NCBI GenBank assembly: GCA_963799725.1
Contig: CAWCYJ010000003.1
Span: 9,795 to 73,794, forward strand
DNA length: 64,000 nucleotides
DNA from: an uncultured Pseudomonadota bacterium
GTDB taxonomy: Bacteria; Chloroflexota; UBA5177; JAJPKF01
Reading direction: 5' to 3'
Part shown: positions 28,069 through 37,500 of the stretch, piece after piece
Layout: each line of letters opens with the position of its first letter
Numbering within the stretch: the first letter of the stretch is position 1
Notes under the pieces: generated by a model
Told to the model about the DNA's origin: nothing
Databases searched by the model: none
Seen by the model: the letters and a program-made list of their open reading frames with translations, nothing else
Translations under genes and position numbers: made by a program

Positions 28069-28887
28069 ATGACTGCCCAGATCGAAAAGGCCACCCGATT
28101 CCTTGCCCTGCACGAGTCGACCGGGCCGCTCTTGCTGCCGAATGCCTGGGACCCGGGATCGGCAAAGGTCCTGGCATCTCTCGGTTTCCGCGCTCTGGCC
28201 ACCACCAGCAGTGGCTTTGCGGCGACGCTCGGTAAGTCAGACGGCTCTGTGGGAAGGGCGGAAACGATGGCTCACGTCAGAGCGATGGTCTCGGCGACTG
28301 ACCTGCCCGTTTCCGCCGATCTGGAGAATGGCTTCGCCGACGATGCCCGCGGTGTAGCGGATACAGTCAGTTTGGCGATCGATGCCGGTTTGGCCGGATG
28401 TTCAATCGAAGACTACAGCGGAAGAACCGACTCACCGATTTACGATATCGACGTAGCGGCGGATAGGGTTGAAGCGGCCGCTGAAGTCGCTCATCAAGAT
28501 GGCCTTCGCATCGTCCTGACGGCGAGGGCCGAGAACTATCTCCACGGTCGAGAGGATCTTGCCGACACCATCCAGCGGCTGCAACGCTATCAAGAGGCAG
28601 GGGCCGACGTCCTATACGCTCCGGGGCTTCGGCGTCTTGATGACATCGCTCAGGTCGTACGCTCGGTTGACCGACCAGTAAATGTACTGATGATGGCGGG
28701 CGGGCCAAGTAGCGTCGCGGAGCTTGCCGAGATCGGGGTTCGACGGATTTCGGTGGGTGGGTCGTTTGCGTTCGCCGCCCTTGGCGCACTGGTTGAGGCT
28801 GCCCGCCAGCTCCAGGCCGGCTCCTCGGAATTTCTCCAGCACGCTCAGCTTGGGTCTCAAGCAGCTAAAGCAGCGTTTGATCCGTAA
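28069..28887 (+). CDS. Isocitrate lyase / PEP mutase superfamily protein (methylisocitrate-lyase-like)
   Basis: The ORF is an intact 272 aa reading LLLPNAWDPGSAKVL...ATTSSG...SADLENGF...AGCSIED. Confidence 0.8.
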   Translation: MTAQIEKATRFLALHESTGPLLLPNAWDPGSAKVLASLGFRALATTSSGFAATLGKSDGSVGRAETMAHVRAMVSATDLPVSADLENGFADDARGVADTVSLAIDAGLAGCSIEDYSGRTDSPIYDIDVAADRVEAAAEVAHQDGLRIVLTARAENYLHGREDLADTIQRLQRYQEAGADVLYAPGLRRLDDIAQVVRSVDRPVNVLMMAGGPSSVAELAEIGVRRISVGGSFAFAALGALVEAARQLQAGSSEFLQHAQLGSQAAKAAFDP

Positions 28888-28939
28888 GGTCGCCCTGGTC
28901 TGACAGACAGGATGATACAGCGATCTTATGTCGACCTAG

Positions 28940-28963
28940 CCTTCAAGGCAAGGGCCTTGAAGG
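28940..28963. promoter_or_regulatory. Palindrome CCTTCAAGG-N6-CCTTGAAGG sharing its half-site with the MerR operator
   Basis: A 9-bp perfect stem lies between 28887 and the MFS gene at 29167. The half-site CCTTCAAG/CTTGAAGG is identical to that of 27414-27435. Confidence 0.35.
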
Positions 28964-29166
28964 GAATTCCGTCATTGGCTTGGGGCGTGTGGTAGCGCAT
29001 CAAGCCGGGCTCTCATCGCAACGATCTGGGAGAAATGTCACCGGGCTCTCCCGGCTCTGTAGTCTCCAATAGCAGTATCGAACTTTCAGCTCAAAAGATA
29101 GCCTCGTGGGCTTGCTCCCTTTGGCTACATGAAATCCTCATTCCCTTCCCCTAGGATTGCTCTTGC

Positions 29167-29787
29167 ATGAGACTGTGGCCCAGCGTCCTTAAAAACCGTC
29201 AGTTACTCGCCCTCTGTCTCGTGGTGCTCGCCGCGTATACAGGCCAGGGAATGGTCTCCACGGTACGGGTGTTGTACGTGCATTCCCAGGGCGGGTCCCT
29301 TGGCGTCATCAGTGCCATGACCTCGGCCTTCCTGATCGCAAATTTCGCCTTCCAGTACCCATGGGGCTGGCTTGCCGATCGGTGGGGAAGGAAGCAGGTT
29401 ATGGTGACGGGGCTGGCGGCTCAGGCGATGCTCACGGCCGCCTACCTCTTCATCTCCGATCCGAGACTCTTCATCCTTGTTCGCCTTCTGGAAGGAGCCG
29501 CAACGGCCAGCGTCCTTCCTGCAGCCAGGGCCACCATCTCGGACCTCGTGCCTGACGAAGAGCGTGGCCGCGCCTATGGGATGTTTTCAGGCTTCTTCAA
29601 TCTGGGGTTCCTCTTTGGGCCTGGAGCCGGTGGGCTACTGGCCGCGCTCAGTTACAACATCGTATTCGGTCTGGCCGTCGTCCTTCGGCTCGCGGCTGTC
29701 CTCATCATCTGGCTCGCGCTACGACGGCCAGCCAAACGGTCAGCCTCACCAGGCGACAGCATCATGGAGGAACGGGAAGTCTGGTGA
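29167..29787 (+). CDS. MFS transporter, N-terminal six-helix half
   Basis: The 206-aa product carries the loop 2-3 motif GWLADRWGRKQVM. It ends in TGA, overlapping the GTG of the next ORF (GTGA). Confidence 0.75.
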   Translation: MRLWPSVLKNRQLLALCLVVLAAYTGQGMVSTVRVLYVHSQGGSLGVISAMTSAFLIANFAFQYPWGWLADRWGRKQVMVTGLAAQAMLTAAYLFISDPRLFILVRLLEGAATASVLPAARATISDLVPDEERGRAYGMFSGFFNLGFLFGPGAGGLLAALSYNIVFGLAVVLRLAAVLIIWLALRRPAKRSASPGDSIMEEREVW

Positions 29788-30419
29788 GCCTTCCGCTGAT
29801 AGCCGGCTACGTCATCGCCTTTGGAGACTATCTATGGATCGGATTCGATCTCACACTTGCGCCGCTGTGGATGAGGGAGCATTTGGGCGCGTCGATCGCC
29901 ATGATCGGACTCACCTACTCGATATGGGCCCTTCCAAGCGCACTTCTGGCACCTCTTGGGGGCCGGCTGGCTGACCGGCATAGACGGTGGGTGCTCATCC
30001 TTGTCTGCGGCCTGGCGCAGGTTCCGATCTATCTCATTTACGCCACGGCTCGGTCGATCTATCCCATCATGATCTTCTTCGCCGTCCAAGCCTGCCTCTA
30101 CGCGGTGGTATCACCCGCCGTTGATGCGCACGTGGCAAAAGCGTCGCCGCTGGCTCGGCGCGGAAGGACTCAGAGCGTTTACACCGCGGTCGGTGTCGCC
30201 GGAGCCTTTGCTGGAGCCAGCGTGTTCGTTCCCCTTTATGGATTAAACTACCGACTACCCATCGTCACATTGGGGGTCGCCTACGGTCTCTTCATCCTCC
30301 TGGGAGGCCTGTTGATTGCATGGACCGAGCGAAGGGGTGCAACGCCGCCTTCGCCGCAGAACGTGAGCAGACCGAGTATGGAGGACGGCTCAGTCCCGCT
30401 CGCGGTTACCGATCTCTAG
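29784..30419 (+). CDS. MFS transporter, C-terminal six-helix half
   Basis: The 211-aa product carries the pseudo-repeat motif LGGRLADRHRRWVL. This is either a naturally split transporter or one indel in the central loop. Confidence 0.7.
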   Translation: MSLPLIAGYVIAFGDYLWIGFDLTLAPLWMREHLGASIAMIGLTYSIWALPSALLAPLGGRLADRHRRWVLILVCGLAQVPIYLIYATARSIYPIMIFFAVQACLYAVVSPAVDAHVAKASPLARRGRTQSVYTAVGVAGAFAGASVFVPLYGLNYRLPIVTLGVAYGLFILLGGLLIAWTERRGATPPSPQNVSRPSMEDGSVPLAVTDL

Positions 30420-30429
30420 GTCAAGCGCC

Positions 30430-30846
30430 TCAGACGGGCTCATGCCGCGCGACCGAAAAACCGATGACAAGTGGGATGTTCGCGGCCGCAAGAATCAGTA
30501 CAGCAACCATTACCAGAAGGGTCGATCCCCCGGTTCCGTCAGAGACGAACACGAAGATTGCCAGCGCGGCAAAGATCGCGGGCAGAATAGAAACCCATCG
30601 AAGAACCTTGAAGAACAGGGGCCAGGCAAAGGTGCGAAGTCGCGTCAGCATCAGGACGGCAACGATCCACAGCACGGCCGAAACAACCAGAAAAGCTACA
30701 GGCCATACCATCGGCGCCTTGCGAGGCAGGTAGGAAGCGATGAATCCGACGGATAGGAAAGCGAAAACGATAGAGCTCACCGACGCTGCCACGATGGGTG
30801 ACCTCGATCGATCGCCCAGATACGGACCGGCCTCGGCGCTCACCAC
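30430..30846 (-). CDS. Four-TM hypothetical membrane protein
   Basis: I trimmed ORF 30430-31113 to the GTG GTG at 30846/30843, which overlaps the upstream stop. The upstream 270 nt overlap gene 30840-31454 in another frame. Confidence 0.55.
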   Translation of the reverse strand: MVSAEAGPYLGDRSRSPIVAASVSSIVFAFLSVGFIASYLPRKAPMVWPVAFLVVSAVLWIVAVLMLTRLRTFAWPLFFKVLRWVSILPAIFAALAIFVFVSDGTGGSTLLVMVAVLILAAANIPLVIGFSVARHEPV

Positions 30847-31454
30847 GTTGCGATCCTCGTCATGATGATCAGCGTGGCCACCTGCATCACCCCCGTTACC
30901 GCGGATGTATAGATGAACCGCTTCATGAGCCTTCCGATGAGTGGGCCATTGGGATTCGGTTTGCGCAGCTCCAGGAGAACAAAGATATTGACCGGCTCGA
31001 GAACCACGTAGGCGACAATGGCCATCACGCCCACCACGGCGTACGATGCCACCAGCCACCAGTGATTGGGATACGCCACCGTGAGATTTCCCAGGCTGCG
31101 CGCGAGCTGCCACCCGGATGCCAAGGTCACCACGACAAGGGTGGGCATGATGAGCAACATTTTCGGCATGAGCTTGCGCACGAAGGCGACTCGAGCCGGC
31201 ACATCCAGGCCTCCCATGATCGGACCGATCACAAAGCCCATGAAGAGGTCAACGCCTGTCCAGAGCGCACCACCGGCCACGTGAAAAAAGTCAAGAGCCC
31301 AGAGCCAGTTTCCGGCGATCGCAACAACCAGCAGCACCAACACCGCTGCAACGATGATGACACCCGGCGCAGGCACGATCCAACCGGCCCCAATTCCCCT
31401 CGCATCTCTCTCAGACGGAATCGTCCGAGGCGCGGCAGCGGTCGCACTCATCAT
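30840..31454 (-). CDS. Polytopic hypothetical membrane protein
   Basis: The ORF is an intact 204 aa with about 5 hydrophobic helices. Confidence 0.6.
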   Translation of the reverse strand: MMSATAAAPRTIPSERDARGIGAGWIVPAPGVIIVAAVLVLLVVAIAGNWLWALDFFHVAGGALWTGVDLFMGFVIGPIMGGLDVPARVAFVRKLMPKMLLIMPTLVVVTLASGWQLARSLGNLTVAYPNHWWLVASYAVVGVMAIVAYVVLEPVNIFVLLELRKPNPNGPLIGRLMKRFIYTSAVTGVMQVATLIIMTRIATW

Positions 31455-31569
31455 CTAACCTCCTGCAGGTTGACTACTATTCCGCCCCATTATGCGGACC
31501 AGGTGTGGTTTTCACCAAAGCTTGCTCCGAGAGTTGCAATGGCAGAAAGGGTCGAAGTATAGATGAGGA

Positions 31570-32119
31570 ATGAGTTTTCCAGGGGAGATGCAAGTGACAG
31601 CCACGAGAGGAACCGGACAGACTCCGCAGTTGTCCGATGGTGAAATCGCGATCGACAACCCTCGCCGGCCAGATGTCCAGCAGCTATTGGGCCGTCATCT
31701 CGCCTTCGCCAGATCGAACAGCCCCCCGGAAGATGTACACGCCCTGGACACCGACAGGCTAACCGACTCGGGAATTGCCTTCTATTCGCTCAGACAGAAC
31801 GGCATGCTCCTCGGTATCGGCGCGCTGAAGACGCTTGACGATGAGCACGGCGAGCTGAAGTCGATGCATACCGCGGAAGCGGTTCGCGGGCACGGAGTGG
31901 GAAAAGCCATGTTGGACCACCTCATACATGAGGCGAGGAAACGGGGATTCAAACGATTGAGCCTCGAGACTGGAGCCATGGAAGTGTTCGCTCCAGCCCG
32001 ACGGCTCTACGCGAAGGCCGGATTTCAGCCGTGTGAGCCGTTTGGCAGAGTATTGGCACAGCCCAAATAGCTGCTGTATGACCCTCATGCTGGAGGAAGA
32101 CGTACCGGTCACTGACTGA
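31570..32119 (+). pseudogene. GNAT-family N-acetyltransferase, 1 frameshift near 32053
   Basis: The sequence reads ...LGIGALKTLDDEHGELKSMHTAEAVRGHGVGKAMLDHLIHEARKRGFKRLSLETG...LYAKAGFQPCEPFG. Shifting one base gives EYWHSPNSCCMTLMLEEDVPVTD then stop, the typical family C-terminus. Confidence 0.8.
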
Positions 32120-33278
32120 GCCTGAGCTGAGATCGCATTTCGCGCCAGGTGCGCCCTCCGTTCGTAGACTTTAGGATTCCGCCGAACCCGCCTATGACAG
32201 GTACGTCCAGTACAAACCCGAGACGCGGATTGACGAAGTGGAAGCTGTCGTCGACTCCGACGGACTTGCTAACCCTGACCCACTTTCTTCCGCCATCAGT
32301 GGTTCTGAGCAGACCTGAGTGTCCGCTAACCCAACCATCGCGATCGTTGAGCATGTACGCCAACCAACCTCCCCACCCGGGCTCTCTGAGGGTTGTGGTT
32401 CGTGTCCACCGGTTTCCGAAGTTCGACGTTTGGTACACGGCGAAAACCGACTCTGAGCCGTCGATCATGGCAACCGGGATCGCAGCCCGCGAGCCCCTTC
32501 CAAATCCAGCCCCAAAGGGTACGACCTGACTGGTTTGCCCCTTAGGAGCGCGAAGCGACCGCCTTGTCCACGATCTGCCCCCATTTGCTGTCACAAGCGG
32601 AAAGTGGTTGAAATCGCTACCCGCCAGGCTCGACACCGCCTGAGCGTAACCTCGAGTACTGGATTGGAAACCGAGGATGCTAAGCCCTTGGGGCTGCTCT
32701 GGCAGCCGGTTCCAGCGAATTCCAGAGTCTTTGCTCTTCAGCAGAACAGTGCTACTTGGCGAAACGGATCCATTGAGGCAGTCACATGGAGACGTGACCT
32801 CCAGCCAACCGACCTTTCTGTTAATGAAATCGAGATTCAGAGCAGAGGCAGCTCGCTTGAGCTTCAGTCGGAGCACGGTGGCAGCTGGAGTCCCGCCGCT
32901 GGCGGCAGAAACACGCCAAACGCGAATCGTGGTCTTCGCTACGTTGGCCTGATGCTCGCATGCCTGTGATACCCAGGCAACTGAACCTCGCGCGTCGAGC
33001 GCTAGGACCGACCGATTAATCCCGCAGCCAAGCCTCGTCTTCGAGAGGAACTTCGGGCGAGTAAGGTTCCATGCCTTGCCGCCATCCGTCGTGCGCGCAA
33101 GCCCATGGGTGGTAAGGGCCCATCCCAATTTCGGCGAGACCATTCTCAATTCGATTGCCGAGCGAGCGAAGAGTACGCTCTTCGCCTTCGAGGGCGCCGA
33201 GGCCTGAGCTAGCTGGCTCATCCCGAGGATGGTGCCCAGCAGTGCCGTAAGAACGAGAGCAACTACGATCTTGCTCAC
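32109..33278 (-). CDS. Secreted BNR/Asp-box beta-propeller protein, paralog of 8261-9454
   Basis: The ORF is an intact 389 aa. Its motifs are TTDGGKAW, SKDSGIRW, TANGGRSW, TSNFGNRW, TTDGGRKW and STNGGRTW. Confidence 0.65.
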   Translation of the reverse strand: MSKIVVALVLTALLGTILGMSQLAQASAPSKAKSVLFARSAIELRMVSPKLGWALTTHGLARTTDGGKAWNLTRPKFLSKTRLGCGINRSVLALDARGSVAWVSQACEHQANVAKTTIRVWRVSAASGGTPAATVLRLKLKRAASALNLDFINRKVGWLEVTSPCDCLNGSVSPSSTVLLKSKDSGIRWNRLPEQPQGLSILGFQSSTRGYAQAVSSLAGSDFNHFPLVTANGGRSWTRRSLRAPKGQTSQVVPFGAGFGRGSRAAIPVAMIDGSESVFAVYQTSNFGNRWTRTTTLREPGWGGWLAYMLNDRDGWVSGHSGLLRTTDGGRKWVRVSKSVGVDDSFHFVNPRLGFVLDVPVIGGFGGILKSTNGGRTWREMRSQLRLSQ

Positions 33279-33329
33279 GAGAGGAACCGGCGGCCCGGCT
33301 CCACTATCATGGCGAATTCACACGCGACA

Positions 33330-34363
33330 TTAACCACTCTCATTCCTGTTCCTTCCTGCGAAATTTGAAGCTGGAGTTTGTCTGGCTGCGGATTCTTCAC
33401 CGAACACGTTCCGTGTTCGCTCCGTGCAACGTTGGCCCTGAGTAGAACGACTGGAAACTGGATTCATGACAAGGAGATCCCGGCCACCCTGGTAGAACAC
33501 CCAAACCCGAGCGCCCGGCTCGTCCTCCAAGGGGCTGTACACGCCACAGTAGGCGCCGCTCCGCTTGAGGTCTACCGGCACCGTTTCGGCAACCGGATGT
33601 TGGGCGGCCTTCCATACCCCGAAAACTGCGTGAGGGAGCCGATTCGGATCGCGGACGCGCCTCCTTTGCTCGGGTTCCTCAAGACGTCCTTCTCCTTGAA
33701 GCAAGGCATATGGTGCCCTTCTGCACCCAATACATTCCCCTCCAGTGCCCTGCTTCCTTGAAGAACCCCAAGAAACGACGGCCCGCTAATGCGGCGGTGA
33801 CTCGCCACACACTCTTTCCTGCCAGCCGAGCAGAAGCTACAGCTGTAACGGTGGCGGTAAACGGCCGGAACACCCGGATGTGGGGTGCCACCATTGCCGC
33901 AGGATCGAGCGGGCTTATCGCTAAGTATCTTAGCGGAGCCGGCGGCTGGCTGTGCCCACATATCCAGCCGGCATCACCCGAGCTCTGTGGCTGTCCGGGA
34001 ACCGACCCTCACGGTTGCGCTTGTCTCCCATCGGAGTCGGTCCTTTACGTTCCCAGTGTCCAGTTCATGGGCAAGGTAGGTGAGGGGGTGCCTAGGCGAG
34101 AGACGGTCCCGCGAACATACACGTGTTCCGACGAGATGCCACACGGCTCCAGGTGTCCCTTGTGATCGAGCTTTGTCGATGATCTGGTAACGAAAACTCG
34201 GAGAGCTGAGCATGTGCTGCCTGCTCTTCAAGAGAATAGCCTTCCCTAAACTCTGAGGTGTAGGCACTCCATCGCTCGAGGCGCGGCTCGAGCCCGGCAG
34301 AAACACGACCGAACAAGCGACCACCGCAAGGATAGTCAAAAACAATCTATGGGATCTTGTCAT
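33330..34363 (-). pseudogene. Putative secreted/lipoprotein gene broken into three frames
   Basis: The signal MTRSHRLFLTILAVVACSVVF is followed by plausible pieces in ORFs 33974-34414, 33572-33961 and 33330-33704 (e.g. HAVFGVWKAAQHPVAETVPVDLKRSGAYCGVYSPLEDEPGARVWVFYQGG). The family was not recognised. Confidence 0.3.
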
Positions 34364-34646
34364 GCTGCACCTGATGTTTGGGGTAATCCATGAGCATTGG
34401 GAAAGAACGTTCAAAGAATGGCAGCCCTTGTCCGAGCTTGTTTCGGGTCATCTCTTACCTCCTACCCGGGGTTTCGTCTTATGTGTGAATTCTTCTTTGC
34501 GTGCCGCCAAATCCGGTTCCGCTTCTTACCTACGCCCTTTTAACTTTTCGTCGCTGGTGGCAGGGGTCCTCGTCTATGACCTTGCTCCAGGGGATCGATG
34601 CTCAGATCTCGCTCGTCAAACGGCCAGAAAGCAAGCCACCTGCACC

Positions 34647-35573
34647 TCAGCCTGAGGTAGTAGGTATCGGCTCTCGCAGCATCCCGTGTAATCCTGATCC
34701 GCAGCCTTCCCCGGTTGATAAATTCGGTCTCGAATCCCCACGTCGCCTCAACCCAGTTCCGGCCCCAGTGGCAAGACCGTCTCGAAACCCCCTCCGCTCC
34801 AACTGCCGGGCGTAGTGGTCGAAGAGGGCTTCGAAGCCTAGGGGCGTTACCAGATCATCTCCGGCGTAATAAATCCCCCGACTACCCGAGTAGCCTATCC
34901 CTCCGACGATAGTGGCGTTTACCGGCGGTCGTAGGGGAGGGATTGGGTTTCTGAATCGTTTGGGATCAGGCGCCGGCGCGTCGAAGGGCACGTCCATAGA
35001 GGCCCCGGAGCGCCGAAGTCGCAGGAGGGAAGCCTTGGCACGATCGGCCAGATCGGCGGAGAGCTTTCGATGAGTTGGCGGAGCGGCTGCACGGCTCGTG
35101 GGTCGCCTCAGGCACGCCAGCAGGGACACGGCCTTCTCCCTGAGGATGATTTCTGTGCTCTCGTCAAGAGCGATGGACGCTAGTACGAAGACGGAGGTTG
35201 ATCGCTTTACATCCACTAGGTAGTGCATTAATGCATGCCTCAACGGGAGATCCTCGTTGGGGTCGAGAACGTGCCTCTCCACTTCAAAGGACAGGCCCTG
35301 GCTACCGATTTCTTCAAGGCCTTCGGCAGCCCACGCTCTCACTTCCCACTTCACCCCGGGGTTATGTAGTACTTCCAGCAGCCATGGTTTGCCGCGCTTG
35401 CCCACTGCCGCCAGTTCTCTACCCCACTCGCCGTATTTCTCGGGCGCTTCGGATAAGATCTCAACGAGCACAGGTTTTGCATACTGACTCCCCCGTCGGA
35501 TCGCTTCCGCGGCCAGATAAAATCGCAGGACAATGTGCTCTGTTGGATCTAGGGTGACTGCTCGGAAGGCCAT
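34647..35573 (-). CDS. HEAT-like repeat protein, possibly longer at both ends through frameshifts
   Basis: HEAT/PBS-lyase-like repeats are present (VRAWAAEGLEEIGS, LREKAVSLLACL). ORF 35461-35748 may be its N-terminus. An alternative frame continues past 34647 (WVEATWGFETEFINRGRLRIRITRD...). Confidence 0.45.
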   Translation of the reverse strand: MAFRAVTLDPTEHIVLRFYLAAEAIRRGSQYAKPVLVEILSEAPEKYGEWGRELAAVGKRGKPWLLEVLHNPGVKWEVRAWAAEGLEEIGSQGLSFEVERHVLDPNEDLPLRHALMHYLVDVKRSTSVFVLASIALDESTEIILREKAVSLLACLRRPTSRAAAPPTHRKLSADLADRAKASLLRLRRSGASMDVPFDAPAPDPKRFRNPIPPLRPPVNATIVGGIGYSGSRGIYYAGDDLVTPLGFEALFDHYARQLERRGFRDGLATGAGTGLRRRGDSRPNLSTGEGCGSGLHGMLREPIPTTSG

Positions 35574-35748
35574 TGCTGCTGCTCTGCTTCTTGAGATCCA
35601 TCAGAGCCCAGGCAGCGCGCTTCCTGCGCAAGTAATAGATAGTTCTGTCGCAAAACACTGCGAGGAGCGGCCCTTCACCTTTAGGGATATCAAGCGTCTG
35701 TGGTTCCAGGGGACGACGGCGCGCGAAAACGGTCATGAGGCCGGCCAT
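35461..35748 (-). CDS. Hypothetical ORF, possibly the N-terminal part of 34647-35573
   Basis: The product reads MAGLMTVFARRRPLEPQTLDIPKGEGPLLAVFCDRTIYYLRRKRAAWALMDL. Its ATG overlaps the stop of the preceding ORF. Confidence 0.3.
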   Translation of the reverse strand: MAGLMTVFARRRPLEPQTLDIPKGEGPLLAVFCDRTIYYLRRKRAAWALMDLKKQSSSNGLPSSHPRSNRAHCPAILSGRGSDPTGESVCKTCAR

Positions 35749-35978
35749 ATCCTGGCAAGTTTTGGCCGCGAATTTTCCACGCGATCAGCGTTCATGACTA
35801 ATAGCCTAGCTTCCAAACCGATACCGGGCGGTTGCCGGGGACGTCGAGAGCGCGCGGCACAGAAGCCCTCCGAGGCGGCGTGTCCATTTTTGTAGCTGAC
35901 GCCTTTCCCTGGGCCATGCCCGGGATATAACGCCTGGACCGATGATGCCCCCTTCCTAACAGGTCGCTCGGCACTCAT
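35733..35978 (-). CDS. Hypothetical 81-aa ORF downstream of promoter-like element R1
   Basis: AAGGAG lies 7 nt before the ATG at 35978 (MSAERPVRKGASS...). No family was recognised. Confidence 0.3.
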   Translation of the reverse strand: MSAERPVRKGASSVQALYPGHGPGKGVSYKNGHAASEGFCAARSRRPRQPPGIGLEARLLVMNADRVENSRPKLARIWPAS

Positions 35979-35990
35979 CGTTCCGCTCCT

Positions 35991-36045
35991 TAACATGTCA
36001 CGCAAAGAAGTATATTCCACTTTAATTTGAGATCGTCGAGCTTAT
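35991..36045 (-). promoter_or_regulatory. Promoter-like repeat R1 (TCGACG-19 nt-TATACT plus a conserved downstream 20 nt)
   Basis: The minus strand reads gcTCGACGatctcaaattaaagtggaaTATACTtctttgcgtgacatgtta. It is about 75 percent identical by eye to R2. Confidence 0.45.
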
Positions 36046-36791
36046 GACTGGGGTGCTCTATTCGCGACCGACGTGCAGCGGCCGAGCTCGGCGGAGGCGC
36101 CTGACCCGAGTGATGTCTGAATTGACCTGACGACCAAACCGCCTGAGATCGACCCCAGTGCGAGATAGCGTCCCGTTGAACTGAGGGCTTCGACAGGCCC
36201 GGCTTGTTGGGTGACGGTTCGCCTACTGATCTTGCGCACACGTATCCGGCCGAGCCTTCTGAGTAATCCTGACTGCAGACCCAGCGTGTAAAGGCCTCCC
36301 CTCCTTTGCACCACCAGGCCTCCAGGCACGACCATGTCTGGAGTCCTCCGAGTTCCTGATCCGTGAGCAGGGCGGCCCGAGCGTACGGGAGGTGCGCGGC
36401 CTGCCCGCCGCTAGCAGCTGGGACGGTGCTGAGGACCGGCTTTGCGCAGCCCAAAGGCCCCTGGGATGTGTGGCAGCGAATATAAATGAGTCGGGTGCCC
36501 TGTTCGGAAAACGCCGCGTCGTAGGCTCTGCTCAGGACCTTCCGCCGGCCCCTCCATCGGAGTCACGACCCAGTAGCGACCCAGTGTTGCCGGAATACAA
36601 GAATCTGCACGGCCCCCGCTCTTAAGCGTCTAATTAGGTATTCTAATGAAAGCTGCGGGCGGCTCATGCCTCGATTTCCGCCCCCGGATAGAACCCTCTG
36701 GGGCGGATGAGGAGATAAGGAGCGTGTCGCTGGCGGCCAAGCTCAGGCCATTCTTATTCTGTGCCTTCCTTACGAATTTGAAAGCTCGGGC

Positions 36792-36848
36792 CAACATGTC
36801 ACGTAAGGAAGTATATTTCACTCAACTTGAGAACGTCAACCCTACGAC
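36792..36848 (-). promoter_or_regulatory. Promoter-like repeat R2 (TTGACG-18 nt-TATACT plus a conserved downstream 20 nt)
   Basis: The minus strand reads ggTTGACGttctcaagttgagtgaaaTATACTtccttacgtgacatgttgg. Confidence 0.45.
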
Positions 36849-37023
36849 CATGTGGATGGCTAATAAGGGTTCCGTTGATCACTGACCGGTGAAAGAGTCA
36901 ACCGGTGCCTGGCCACGGAGGACTGTTCCAATCCACCCTCCAGGCTGTGACTAGATGTAACCAAAGAACGAAGTAAGAGGCAGCCGTCAAGCGGCAAACA
37001 ATACAAAGCCGAGGAGGTTTCTC

Positions 37024-37411
37024 TTGCGTCGTTTCCATACTCTATCCATCCTCACAGTTTGCCTGGGTGTTGTCCTAGCGCTCAGCTCAATATCGTCAGG
37101 GTTCGCCTCGAGAGGCAGCGATGGGGTGGCTAGAACTACTCCCAAGCACGTTGTCAAGATCGTCAGAACCAGCGCCGGTACCTTCGCCTTCAGCCCAGCG
37201 ACAATCAAGGTCAAAGTGGGCCAGACGGTGACCTGGAAGAACAGCACCGGAACGGAGCACAGCGCGACAGCCAACAACTTTACGTCATTCGACACGGGGA
37301 CCATTCCAATCGGCGGGAAAGGCACACCACCAGTTCAAGAAGGCTGGGACGTTCAAATACCACTGCTCCTTCCACTCGTACATGAAGGCCGTCGTCAAGG
37401 TCGTCAAGTGA
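37024..37411 (+). pseudogene. Secreted cupredoxin (plastocyanin/amicyanin-like blue copper protein), 1 frameshift near 37315
   Basis: A signal peptide is followed by FAFSPATIKVKVGQTVTWKNSTGTEHSAT...FDTGTIPIGGK. The +1 frame then reads AHHQFKKAGTFKYHCSFHSYMKAVVKVVK then stop (H...C-x2-H-x2-M ligands). Confidence 0.8.
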
Positions 37412-37500
37412 GACGGATCGGACCAGACGATCCCGACCTGGGACGGCTGAGGGAATCCGAGGAAAGCCGTGTGAATAGCAATCAATTTAGGAGAAGCCGA

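Noticed and set aside
30847-31113. N-terminal 89 aa of ORF 30430-31113.
   Set aside because: This part overlaps gene 30840-31454 in another frame. A GTG GTG overlapping that gene's stop gives a compact 4-TM protein, so the extension was trimmed.
35990-36454. Cys/Trp-rich 154-aa ORF (WSCLEAWWCKGGEAFTRWVCSQDYSEGSAGYVC) as a possible RiPP or bacteriocin precursor.
   Set aside because: There are no modification, transport or immunity genes nearby. The ORF runs through promoter-like repeat R1, and the region may be frameshifted. The evidence is insufficient.
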